A model generated the notes under the pieces. It was not told where the DNA came from. It ran no database searches and saw nothing but the letters and a program-made list of their open reading frames with translations. Below are positions 19,664 through 28,828 of a stretch of 64,000 nucleotides of DNA, in pieces (within the stretch, counting starts at the first letter, position 1; each line of letters begins with the position of its first letter). The DNA comes from a virus (lineage: Duplodnaviria; Caudoviricetes). The stretch lies in the IMG/VR virus record IMGVR_UViG_3300005544_000005, positions 5,204 through 69,203 of that record; one strand, written 5' to 3'. A program made the position numbers and the translations under genes.

Positions 19664-19942
19664 ATGACTATCACAGCTTATGAACCTGTCATCATACGCG
19701 ATTCAACAATCAGTGTCATGACAATATCCGGTCTATCCCCGCAAATACTTCATCCGGGAGATAGACTATTCACTGGCATAGACGGCAACCTGCAAAAGAT
19801 CACACGTACAACTAAGAACCGCCGTGTCGTTGCCATAGTATTAGAAGAGGCATTTCCGACTCGACGCGGCCGCACCCGTCGCGTACTGGTTTGTATGTTG
19901 CCGTCGCCAAACCCGGATCTTAATCTGTATATACCAAATTGA
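19664..19942 (+). CDS. Hypothetical protein
   Basis: Operon packing. Confidence 0.5.
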   Translation: MTITAYEPVIIRDSTISVMTISGLSPQILHPGDRLFTGIDGNLQKITRTTKNRRVVAIVLEEAFPTRRGRTRRVLVCMLPSPNPDLNLYIPN

Positions 19943-19973
19943 GCCGTTAAATCGAAAGGACACTACCCATATC

Positions 19974-20969
19974 ATGGCAATGGGCAAACACACTCCTCCA
20001 ACCGTTATCACACCGGCCAACATCGGAACCGTCTCCGGTCCTATTGTCGTACGTGAACGTCAAATCGGAGAATTTTCCGGTTCATCTTTCTATATCCTAG
20101 AATCATCCGTAGTCAAACCGCGTCAGGCTAATATACTAGTGTGGGGATTAGACAAAACAGGAAAGACCACGTTCGTAACCGATTATTGTCCAGATCCTAT
20201 CGCGTTTATATCTATCGACCGTCGCGGAGAGGATGCTGTAAAGAAAGCTCAACGCAACGGTCGCAGAATTCTATTCAGCGACTTCTCCATGCCTGGCACC
20301 GTCGCCGAGCTTGGTACCGAGTCGGCACAGAAATTTGGCGAAGAGGCTCTAAGTCTAGTCCGTAACAATGTCTTATGGGCCGTACGCGAATCGGTAACAG
20401 ACGGCGAGTGTATGAAACGTTTTGGGTCTCGACTACGCACGATATTTATAGACACCGGCGCGGAGATGACAGAGATTATCAACCTCGCCATATCCGGGCG
20501 CTCCGACCGTGCCAAGTGGGGAGACAAAGGACGATCTAAAGCGGAAGCTAACGCCGAGTGGCGTAAGATTCTAGACTCTTGCCGTGACGGTAAAGCGCAC
20601 TTGATTATCTCCGGTAGACAAAGAGAGATCTACCTTAACGATAAGGGAACAGGAAGGTATCAGCCGCGAGTCTCCGATATCGTTCATTCGTCTGTCGATT
20701 TCGCTATTGAGACTAGAATCAGTGACTCTACTATGCCCAGCTTAGGCAGTGCGGGCGGAGCTACCATAGGAAGCGTAAGCGGCATGATGAGCGGCGGAGT
20801 GAATAATCCGCGTCCGCCGCAATTCGAATTACGTCCGTCGTCATGCGGTATTAACTCCGCTGAACTAGGCCAAACTTATCGTGCTACGGAATGGGACCTA
20901 CTCGGCGGGCCATTTGTCTACGCTTGCATGCGTCAATGGGTTGGGACTACACCGGAGGATTGGAAATGA
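19974..20969 (+). CDS. AAA_24/Sak4-like ATPase
   Basis: LVWGLDKTGKTT Walker A, TIFIDT Walker B; next to exonuclease. Confidence 0.75.
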   Translation: MAMGKHTPPTVITPANIGTVSGPIVVRERQIGEFSGSSFYILESSVVKPRQANILVWGLDKTGKTTFVTDYCPDPIAFISIDRRGEDAVKKAQRNGRRILFSDFSMPGTVAELGTESAQKFGEEALSLVRNNVLWAVRESVTDGECMKRFGSRLRTIFIDTGAEMTEIINLAISGRSDRAKWGDKGRSKAEANAEWRKILDSCRDGKAHLIISGRQREIYLNDKGTGRYQPRVSDIVHSSVDFAIETRISDSTMPSLGSAGGATIGSVSGMMSGGVNNPRPPQFELRPSSCGINSAELGQTYRATEWDLLGGPFVYACMRQWVGTTPEDWK

Positions 20970-21301
20970 CCTCAGCCCCACCATCTACTTTTGTACCCGC
21001 GTTCGAAGCGTGGGCTATATATCAGCCGTCGACAGGTAAATTTCTGCCGATGCGATGGACGACTGCTAGAGGATATACTCACGATGAACCGTCGTTCGAC
21101 TTTCCGCGATTACTCAGATCAGAACGCGGGGCAAAGCAAGCTTTACGCGCATGGCTTCAAGGGGAGTGGGTAGAAGCCTGTACTTTTGATGAATATAGTA
21201 CGTGTTATGAGTCAACCGGGCCCGAACCTAGTTTGCCGCGACCAGAGCGATATAATTACGGGATGGAAGTAGTTAAATTCATGTTGAAAATTAATGAATA
21301 G
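20966..21301 (+). CDS. Hypothetical protein
   Basis: GGAGG SD; ATGA overlap. Confidence 0.6.
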   Translation: MTSAPPSTFVPAFEAWAIYQPSTGKFLPMRWTTARGYTHDEPSFDFPRLLRSERGAKQALRAWLQGEWVEACTFDEYSTCYESTGPEPSLPRPERYNYGMEVVKFMLKINE

Positions 21302-21316
21302 TTTGGGGGATTGGAA

Positions 21317-21877
21317 ATGACACGTCACCGAGTAGAAACTCTAGTTAACAAACTAAAAAAGGCCACCCCTATGCAATCACCTGCACTCGCCGATGAATTA
21401 GCACAGGCCGTTAGTAACAAACCCAGCAAAATCTATGTCGCATCGTCATGGCGCAATCCACTCTACGACGGCGTCATTGCGACTTTTCGAGCGGCTGGCT
21501 TAGACTTGTACGATTTCAAAAACCCACCTGATTCTATAGGCTTTTCCTGGCAACAGGTGGGCGGACAACCATTACACATGCAAAACACCGGTCAAGGCGC
21601 AGAGACTGCCGAAAACTACTTGCGTATGATCCGCCACCCACGCGCCGTAGAAGGATACCATTCCGATATCGATGCATTACTAGAATCTGATACGGTCGTG
21701 CTAGTCCTACCGTGTGGCCGTTCCGCACATTTAGAGCTAGGTATCGCGATAGGCGCAGGCAAGCGCACAGCGATTTTTCTAACCGAAACTCTAGAGCCTG
21801 AATTGATGTATAAGGCTGTTGACTTTATGACAACTAGCATGGACGAACTCTTGACGTGGTTAGGAGTTGAAAATTGA
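21317..21877 (+). CDS. Nucleoside 2-deoxyribosyltransferase-like protein
   Basis: IYVASSWRN, SDTVVLVLPCGRSAHLELGIAIGAGK, EPELMY. Confidence 0.75.
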   Translation: MTRHRVETLVNKLKKATPMQSPALADELAQAVSNKPSKIYVASSWRNPLYDGVIATFRAAGLDLYDFKNPPDSIGFSWQQVGGQPLHMQNTGQGAETAENYLRMIRHPRAVEGYHSDIDALLESDTVVLVLPCGRSAHLELGIAIGAGKRTAIFLTETLEPELMYKAVDFMTTSMDELLTWLGVEN

Positions 21878-22074
21878 TGCCGCCACTACTAGACGACTAT
21901 TACGCTCGTGACTCCCGCATGCATCATCTAATCGGTAAGGTGGATGCCAAGATAACGTTCCTATTCGCCCGCGGAAAACCAGACCGAGCACGTGAGTACA
22001 TGCGACTGCTGAATAGATTGAAATCGACTAGGTACCGGATAAGAGAACGGATTTATACGTTGACGGTGAAATAG
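21874..22074 (+). CDS. Hypothetical protein
   Basis: Overlap coupling. Confidence 0.45.
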   Translation: MMPPLLDDYYARDSRMHHLIGKVDAKITFLFARGKPDRAREYMRLLNRLKSTRYRIRERIYTLTVK

Positions 22075-22079
22075 GCGAA

Positions 22080-22988
22080 ATGATTATGAGTATGTCTAGC
22101 ACGCAAAATGGCTCGCCTATACCGCAATCGCAATCTATCATCTCTTGCCCTACCGTCCTCATCTCCAATGCTGAAGGCTCCAAACACCTCGTCAATTACC
22201 CGCCGCTATCACAGCCCGGCTGTGGCGTCCTCCTTAACCAACCCTCGACCGATGCCGTATTCTATGGCAACGGCGCCGACAACCGCACTATCTCTATCGG
22301 CGTAGAAGTAAAATCACTCTCCGATCTCCTTACCTCGTTCCAAAACGGCCGCTTATTCGCCACACAAGTCCCAAAACTCCTAGCCGCGCACGACGTCTGC
22401 CGGTTAGTATTCTATGGCATATTCCGTTGCAACCCCGAAGACAATATCACACTTCAAGAATACCATACATTCCCCGCGCGCGACGGTCGCCCGCCGTACT
22501 CTCGCTGGACAGATTTCAAGCTCGGTCCGAAATCACCTATCCGCTACGGCTATCTCATCTCACGGTTAGACAAGCTCGCCCGGCTCGGCGTCCTCTACGA
22601 CCACGTACCGGATATCTCACACGTAGCGCTATGGCTGGCCTGTCTAGCTCGCTCCTACGCCAAACCCTATTCCGAGCAGACCGAAGCTTACCGCGCATTC
22701 GACCAGTCCCGCGATACCCCTCCCGCACGTCTCGACCTTGACTCTACGACCCTACAGATAGCCAAACTCTGCGCCAAGATCCCGGGCGTAGGTTGGGATC
22801 GCGCGTTTGCCTTGGCCGAGCACTTCCCGTCGTATCTGGCCATATGCTTAGCTACGCCGGCCGAACTCGCCGAAGTCGCTACCGTGTCCGCAGACGGCGG
22901 CAAACGGGTGAGATTCGGGCTGAAACTGGCCGAGTCCATCTATAACACCATCCGCGCGGTGCGGCCGGGGTGCCAGTACCGCGCTTAG
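22080..22988 (+). CDS. ERCC4/XPF-family nuclease with HhH domain
   Basis: VEVKSLSDLLTSFQNGRLF..Q; IPGVGWDRAFALAEHF. Confidence 0.8.
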   Translation: MIMSMSSTQNGSPIPQSQSIISCPTVLISNAEGSKHLVNYPPLSQPGCGVLLNQPSTDAVFYGNGADNRTISIGVEVKSLSDLLTSFQNGRLFATQVPKLLAAHDVCRLVFYGIFRCNPEDNITLQEYHTFPARDGRPPYSRWTDFKLGPKSPIRYGYLISRLDKLARLGVLYDHVPDISHVALWLACLARSYAKPYSEQTEAYRAFDQSRDTPPARLDLDSTTLQIAKLCAKIPGVGWDRAFALAEHFPSYLAICLATPAELAEVATVSADGGKRVRFGLKLAESIYNTIRAVRPGCQYRA

Positions 22989-23178
22989 TGCCCGCCATTC
23001 TCCTACATCCTCCCCACCTACTCCGCCCCATCTTCCCAATCTTTCGCCGATCTCTATCGTCTTCCCTATTGACATCCTCGCCGCGCCGTAGTACTCTCCC
23101 CATCGACGACAACCGGCCGGCTGGATACACCGGTAACGGCCACGACCATAACCCACGATTGAAGGGGGAGACCACACC

Positions 23179-23847
23179 ATGGCTAAGATGGGAAGTGCCA
23201 AAGCAGCCGCAAGCACCGAGGACGTCGCCAGTCCTGCCAATCCCACGGTACCAGAGACGACCCCGCCCGCTACCGGCCCCGTCGCCGAGACCGGCCCGAC
23301 CACTTCCGGCGTACTCACGGACGATGCCCCCGGCGACACACTCGGCACCATCATCAATCGCGAGCCGAACGACGCGGCGGCTATCGAGGCTTCTGCCGAA
23401 CGTGGCACCAAGCGCGGCCGTAAGAAGGGTGAGCCGGCCCCGCCGAGCGTCCATTGGAATCTACCCGGCCGTCAGGAGGCCCTAGAGGACGCTATCGCTA
23501 GCCAAATGGCGGGCCACAACGCTATCTCCTACTCCGGGCTCGCCGACATCCTCAAGGCCAATCCGGCGTTCGCTGGCGAGGAACACCTCGTCACCCGTGA
23601 GGCCGTGTCGAGTCGTCTCCGTCTCCTCAAGCTCAAGACGGACGGCGCCGGCAATCGTCTCTACGCCTTCCTCGATGACCTCCCGTTGATCCAGGGCGGG
23701 CGTACCAGTGACCAGCATGTCTCTGCGGCCGAGCGGTTCAAGGCGAAGCTGGCAGCGGCCGGGCTCGACGTGAGCGGAGCGGCACAGGGCCAGCAGACCA
23801 GCGGACAGGGTGTGGTCGGCACGGACCAGGTGGCACCCACGGTCTAA
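23179..23847 (+). CDS. Hypothetical protein, possibly DNA-binding
   Basis: GGGGAG SD; C/G-ending codons; followed by terminator. Confidence 0.65.
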   Translation: MAKMGSAKAAASTEDVASPANPTVPETTPPATGPVAETGPTTSGVLTDDAPGDTLGTIINREPNDAAAIEASAERGTKRGRKKGEPAPPSVHWNLPGRQEALEDAIASQMAGHNAISYSGLADILKANPAFAGEEHLVTREAVSSRLRLLKLKTDGAGNRLYAFLDDLPLIQGGRTSDQHVSAAERFKAKLAAAGLDVSGAAQGQQTSGQGVVGTDQVAPTV

Positions 23848-23886
23848 GCGAGCGGTGGCAAGAGGGTAGCACAGTGCGATTCCCAC

Positions 23887-23921
23887 GGGGTGCGACAGGC
23901 GACTGTCCACCCCACTTTTTT
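23887..23921 (+). terminator. Intrinsic terminator
   Basis: GGGGTG(C)GACAG-GCGA-CTGTCCACCCC then T-run. Confidence 0.8.
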
Positions 23922-23931
23922 ATCTCACACA

Positions 23932-23980
23932 ACTTCCGCCTTACTTGCCCGGATGGGATCGGGCCGGGCTGTGGTAGGAT
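23932..23980 (+). promoter_or_regulatory. Promoter, probably leaderless
   Basis: 22-bp repeat plus TGTGGTAGGAT ending 6 nt before ATG 23987. Confidence 0.6.
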
Positions 23981-23986
23981 TCCGGC

Positions 23987-24151
23987 ATGACGAACTTACG
24001 TAAGACGTCGGTACAAGTGCCGCCCGAACTCATAGATCTGTTGCTAGATCTATACCCGGGTTTAACCTTCTCAGAAATAACTAGGTTGGCACTGTGTCTT
24101 GTGGCTGATATGAAGCCAAAAGTAACCGAAAAACGTTTTACGACAGGGTAG
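23987..24151 (+). CDS. Ribbon-helix-helix-like DNA-binding protein (54 aa, not in ORF track)
   Basis: MTNLRKTSVQVPPELIDLLLDLYPGLTFSEITRLAL fits the strand-helix-helix pattern. Confidence 0.6.
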   Translation: MTNLRKTSVQVPPELIDLLLDLYPGLTFSEITRLALCLVADMKPKVTEKRFTTG

Positions 24152-24389
24152 ACAACTATGCTACCGCCCGTTGTAGACCTCAGCGCCTTACCTGTCGTAT
24201 CACAACTTCAAGAGTACGATGATCGCACATTGGCCGGATTACGCACAATTGGTGCGCCGATGGTCAGATTCTTTTTCAGTACAGAATGGAAAGTAGTATT
24301 CGACAGCGGCCGGTTCTGTACGGCTTTATGGATAGCCGGATAGATAGCCGTATAATACCTACTGTTTAACACAACGGAGACATGAGCGA

Positions 24390-24677
24390 ATGGCTACTAT
24401 ACCGCAGCTGCCCGATACCCCCTCTACCCGGCTCGCTCATGAGATCACCGCCGCCGTCAAAACCTGGTGCGAATCAACCGGAATGTACGTGCGCAAATTA
24501 ACTATAGAAAAGACCAGCTTGACAGACGCTACATATGTCGTACGCATCAAGGAAGCTTCGCCACAGTCAATTATAGATGAACTGTCTAAACACGTCAATG
24601 AGAGAACACAGGCGATGGTCGGGGCTATGCTCGGTGGTATGACTGGCAAAGACGGCGACGATGAGACGGAGATGTGA
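24390..24677 (+). CDS. Hypothetical protein
   Basis: GGAG upstream; TATAAT at ~24349. Confidence 0.55.
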   Translation: MATIPQLPDTPSTRLAHEITAAVKTWCESTGMYVRKLTIEKTSLTDATYVVRIKEASPQSIIDELSKHVNERTQAMVGAMLGGMTGKDGDDETEM

Positions 24678-25108
24678 CCATGAGCGGTGGATCATTCAAT
24701 TACCTATGCCACTCAGACGAGCCGTGGCATCGCAGCGAAGACCTAGAGTCTATGGCCGAAGCCCTAGACCAACGCGGATACGCCGATGCTGCCAAAGAGA
24801 CTAGGCAATGGTTACATTACACTCCGGCCGCACCGCGAGAGGTATTAAAAGATCTGTGGTGGGCTGTTGAATGGAAAACGTCTGGGGACTCGAATGAGGA
24901 AGTCGTAATAGACGCCTATACACAATATCAAGCCTCAGACGCTATTCCATCGTTAGACACTACTGTGCCAGTCTCGCGGCAAGCTTTACTGGCCGCTATA
25001 CACAAGGCTAGGACTTTATACGCCGAGGCTGTCACGGCCGGCGATCATGTCCTACCGGGTCACGAATGTTGGGCTGAATTCGAGCGATTAGCGGAGTATT
25101 TAATTTGA
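24674..25108 (+). CDS. Hypothetical protein
   Basis: MSGGSFNYL start; overlap-coupled. Confidence 0.6.
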   Translation: MTMSGGSFNYLCHSDEPWHRSEDLESMAEALDQRGYADAAKETRQWLHYTPAAPREVLKDLWWAVEWKTSGDSNEEVVIDAYTQYQASDAIPSLDTTVPVSRQALLAAIHKARTLYAEAVTAGDHVLPGHECWAEFERLAEYLI

Positions 25109-26529
25109 CAATCGTCCTCGGCGCCGGCCGTACCCCTTGCCCTATCATGTTTATAGGTGAAGCGCCTGGCGAAGTCGAGGCACGTGAACGTGAACCTTTC
25201 GTCGGTCCGTCCGGTCAAGAACAGGACCGTTACCTATCGCAATTCGGATTCGTTGTCCGAATGTTCTACCGGACGAACTTGATAAAAGAGTACACGCCCG
25301 GCAATCCCGATCCTACACCTAGTCAAATATCACAGTGGCGGGATACGTTGCGGTATGAAATAGCAATGTGCCAGCCGGGTTTAATCGTCACTGTTGGCGC
25401 GTTTGCGACGTGGGAATTCCTCCGTACGTCTATGGCCGATAAGCCGGAACCGTACTTCCTCACTGGCAAGGTACACGGCATTCCTCATTATGTATCACCC
25501 CTATCGCCACACTGTGACATCCTTGCTAAGGTTGTCATCCTCCCCATCATACACCCCGCCGCCGGTATGCGCCCCACCGATGACGCTATGGTGCTGAGAT
25601 CGTCAATATTTTGGGATTACTCACAAGTAGCCAGGTGCATCAATCTAACGCTATCCAATTCACCTATCGATGTACCTGTTGATATCCATGCCGGCAACGA
25701 AGATTACCGTGTCATCTCTCCGGCCGAGCTACCATCCTATCTTCCGTACGATACACCTGATTTTGCACTCGACACGGAAGGCACACCGGATAATCCATTT
25801 TCCGTTCAAATCTCCTGCAAGCCCGGTACCGGCTACATGTTACTATGTGACGACCCCGCCTATCATACTATCGCCGCACCTTACATTCAATCTCTGCTAG
25901 ACCGTGGCACTCTCGTCTACACTCACTCCCGATACGAGATAGAAATGTCGCGAGCTATCAGCCTAAACTTCTCGCGCGCCAATCTCCTCGACACGATGTA
26001 CGCGGCCTATCTTCTTCTTACGGAGCCGCAAGGATTGAAGGCTCTTTGTCACCGCTGGTGTGGCATGGCTATGACGGATCACGATGACACTATTAAGCCG
26101 CTGGGTGTAGAGCGTCAACTAGCCTATCTAGAGTCAATCATCGAGCGCAAATCCGAATGGCCTATTCCCGGCAAACGCCACATTGTCGAGAACGATGGAA
26201 CTATTATCTCTTACAAGCCACAGCCAATCCACAAGTACGCGGCTGGCATTCTACGTGATTACCGTTCTGGCAAGGTCGATAAAGACGGCAATACTACAAA
26301 TTTAGAGAAACGCTGGAAGAAAATAGGCGATGCTTATCGTGGGATTGACAAGGAATTAAAAGGACCAGTTGAATCAGTGCTGGGTAAATTTCCGCATGGC
26401 TCTATCCGAGCACTATACGATAAGGACCGTGACGCCGCTATATACTACTCCTGCCGTGACCCGCATGGAACGTACATGTTCGCACACGCTATCACACCGA
26501 GATTGAAGCTCTTTCACGAACAAAAGTGA
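25105..26529 (+). CDS. Uracil-DNA glycosylase-like domain fused to PolA 3'-5' exonuclease domain
   Basis: IGEAPG, PFVGPSG, TN, HPAA (UDG family 4-like); FALDTEG, LDTMYAAYLL, YSCRD (exonuclease). Confidence 0.8.
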   Translation: MTIVLGAGRTPCPIMFIGEAPGEVEAREREPFVGPSGQEQDRYLSQFGFVVRMFYRTNLIKEYTPGNPDPTPSQISQWRDTLRYEIAMCQPGLIVTVGAFATWEFLRTSMADKPEPYFLTGKVHGIPHYVSPLSPHCDILAKVVILPIIHPAAGMRPTDDAMVLRSSIFWDYSQVARCINLTLSNSPIDVPVDIHAGNEDYRVISPAELPSYLPYDTPDFALDTEGTPDNPFSVQISCKPGTGYMLLCDDPAYHTIAAPYIQSLLDRGTLVYTHSRYEIEMSRAISLNFSRANLLDTMYAAYLLLTEPQGLKALCHRWCGMAMTDHDDTIKPLGVERQLAYLESIIERKSEWPIPGKRHIVENDGTIISYKPQPIHKYAAGILRDYRSGKVDKDGNTTNLEKRWKKIGDAYRGIDKELKGPVESVLGKFPHGSIRALYDKDRDAAIYYSCRDPHGTYMFAHAITPRLKLFHEQK

Positions 26530-26544
26530 AGGCGGATTAATGAT

Positions 26545-26751
26545 ATGACACGTAAAAAATCACACACTGAGCACGAAATGCTCGCAACTATAGAGAAACT
26601 ATACGATCAACTTGTAGAGGCGCGAATAAATACGCGGTGCTTCTGCCATGGTACGCGACACTATCCTTGTCCACGCTGCGAAGTTACACACACACAGACA
26701 GACGATATGCTAGATCTTATTGTGGCTGAATACGGATTCGAGCGGCGTTGA
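26545..26751 (+). CDS. Small Cys-rich protein between the polymerase halves
   Basis: CFCH...CPRC; GAAGG SD. Confidence 0.55.
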   Translation: MTRKKSHTEHEMLATIEKLYDQLVEARINTRCFCHGTRHYPCPRCEVTHTQTDDMLDLIVAEYGFERR

Positions 26752-26752
26752 A

Positions 26753-28057
26753 ATGGACCTTACCACTCTCTGGCACCACGGCTCTTATCTCTCTACTGTC
26801 TGGGATGACATGCAGTCCCGCGGGGTGCCCGTCCATATACCCTCCCTGCGTATACTTGCCGTGGAGCTGGAATCTTCCATGCGTGGCATAGGCGCCTTAC
26901 TCTCGTATCAATTCTGGGGCGGGCTGCCATTCAATCCTAATTCCCCGCCACAAGTAGAGGAATTACTCAAACGTCGTGGCCTAGTTGGATTAGAGCGGAA
27001 TTCCAAGGGCGGCTACTCCACTTCCAAGAAATCCATCGAAGGTTTGCGTTACACAGACCCGGCATTGGCTATGGTATTCGACTGGCGCGAGCATGAGCAT
27101 ATGCTCTCCTCTTTCATCTGGCCCACGCTAGACGATATCCCGGACGATTACGCTGGCACTCATTGGCGTCTCCGCGGCCGTATCAAGAACACCCGCACCA
27201 CGTCACGTCGTCTTGCCGCCGAAGAGCCTAATCCTCTAGCATGGCCTAAGCACTCTAAGCTCGCCAAGCGTCTGCGTGCCTGTTGTAGCGCACCGGATGG
27301 ATTCCAGATCGTCGCCGCTGATTACTCGCAGATTGAAGTCCGTGGCATGGCTAACGCTTCCGGCGATAGACTAATGTGCGATATCTTCAATCGAGATCCA
27401 GCGCGCTATTCCAAGATCGACCGCGACTTTCACATTCAAACTGCGTCTCATCTATTCGGAGTGGCTCCGGCTGATGTAGACGACGATACTCAGCGCACGC
27501 CGGCGAAACGTATCACCTTTGGCGTAGGCTATGGTCTACGCGGCCATGGTCTCGCCGCTCAACTCCAATCCTTTGGCATAACCGGCTGGCCTGAAGATCG
27601 TTGCGAGGAATTCATTCGCGAATGGTATCGACTCTACTCAGGTTTCGCCAAGTACGCTGAAGATTGCACACGTGAGGCCAAGCGCACAGGAATATGTTTT
27701 GACGAATGGGGCATGCCCAGATACGTACCTGGTGTATGGTCGCGTACGCCAAAGATAGCGGCGGAATCTGCCCGACACTTCGTATCCCACCGTATTCAAG
27801 GGTGGGCACAGGGACTGATTCAAAACGCTATGAGATCGCTGAAGCCTATCGTCCTTGACTGGCAAGATAGCGGATTGCCTATCTATTGGCTGCTACAGGA
27901 GCACGATGCGTTAGTATTCGAGGCTGGCGAGGAAGCCGTAGAGACCGTTAAGCCCGTAATCGTCAATGCCATGGTTCATCATCATGGTTTGTGTACGTGT
28001 AAGGTACCTATCGAGGTTGACGTTAAAGTGACTAAGGCTTGGGGGAGTAAGCCATGA
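26753..28057 (+). CDS. polA: Family A DNA polymerase, polymerase domain only
   Basis: AADYSQIEVR, RTPAKRITFGVGYG, QEHDALVFE. Confidence 0.9.
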   Translation: MDLTTLWHHGSYLSTVWDDMQSRGVPVHIPSLRILAVELESSMRGIGALLSYQFWGGLPFNPNSPPQVEELLKRRGLVGLERNSKGGYSTSKKSIEGLRYTDPALAMVFDWREHEHMLSSFIWPTLDDIPDDYAGTHWRLRGRIKNTRTTSRRLAAEEPNPLAWPKHSKLAKRLRACCSAPDGFQIVAADYSQIEVRGMANASGDRLMCDIFNRDPARYSKIDRDFHIQTASHLFGVAPADVDDDTQRTPAKRITFGVGYGLRGHGLAAQLQSFGITGWPEDRCEEFIREWYRLYSGFAKYAEDCTREAKRTGICFDEWGMPRYVPGVWSRTPKIAAESARHFVSHRIQGWAQGLIQNAMRSLKPIVLDWQDSGLPIYWLLQEHDALVFEAGEEAVETVKPVIVNAMVHHHGLCTCKVPIEVDVKVTKAWGSKP

Positions 28058-28308
28058 CAGACAAAGAGCTAGAAAAATTGCGTTTCAAATTGGTAATACC
28101 GCATTTAGTCCAAGCCGGCCTAGATCTGTCACAACTATCAGATTCGGCCTCCTGTCCTGTGTGCGGTTCATGTACTAATATACGTAGGCGGCGACTAAAT
28201 ACTAATTATTACGAAGAGGAGTCTAATTGGATGATTTCGTGTATCGAGTGCTTTAATGATATAGTAGCGCAATACGCTGATATATGGTCTGAATACTATG
28301 CCGTGTAA
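28054..28308 (+). CDS. Zinc-finger-like hypothetical protein
   Basis: CPVC...CIEC; overlap-coupled. Confidence 0.55.
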   Translation: MTDKELEKLRFKLVIPHLVQAGLDLSQLSDSASCPVCGSCTNIRRRRLNTNYYEEESNWMISCIECFNDIVAQYADIWSEYYAV

Positions 28309-28336
28309 AATCTTAATTACCAGTCAGGAGAACTGA

Positions 28337-28828
28337 ATGTCGGACGACAACATTAATCGCACGACCGATCTATCCACGCTAACCGAGGTCAATCCCGGTC
28401 TCGCCGACGTACTGTCTTCTTTACTATCCGAATACACCTCTCTCGCCGACACTATCGACTCCGCCAAAGCACGCCAGTCTGAGATAATGGCCATAGTGGA
28501 ACCGTTAACAGAGTCAGCACAGTTGAAATCCGTCAAGTCCGACAAGTGGACATTGTCGCGCACGAAAGGCCGAACCGGTGCCACGTCTGTGTATCTTCCC
28601 GGTTTACTTCAATATGGCATACCGGCGGAGGCACTAGTGAGTGCTATTCATAAGATCGATGTCACTGCTCTCAGTCAGCCTAAACTAGTCACGGAGTACG
28701 GTGTGCATATAGAGGTGTTGAAGGTCGCACTTGAAGCATCATCTAGTAAAGCGCCAGACGGGCAGGCGTTTTATACTGTACGGCGGAAGAGTGACAAGAA
28801 CGACAACGGCAAGGATGGCGGTAAGTGA
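28337..28828 (+). CDS. Hypothetical protein
   Basis: AGGAG SD. Confidence 0.65.
   Translation: MSDDNINRTTDLSTLTEVNPGLADVLSSLLSEYTSLADTIDSAKARQSEIMAIVEPLTESAQLKSVKSDKWTLSRTKGRTGATSVYLPGLLQYGIPAEALVSAIHKIDVTALSQPKLVTEYGVHIEVLKVALEASSSKAPDGQAFYTVRRKSDKNDNGKDGGK

Noticed and set aside
26530-26752. Group I intron or intein splitting polA
   Set aside because: No homing-endonuclease or intein motifs seen; both halves and the middle ORF have ordinary start/stop spacing. RT-PCR is still needed to exclude splicing
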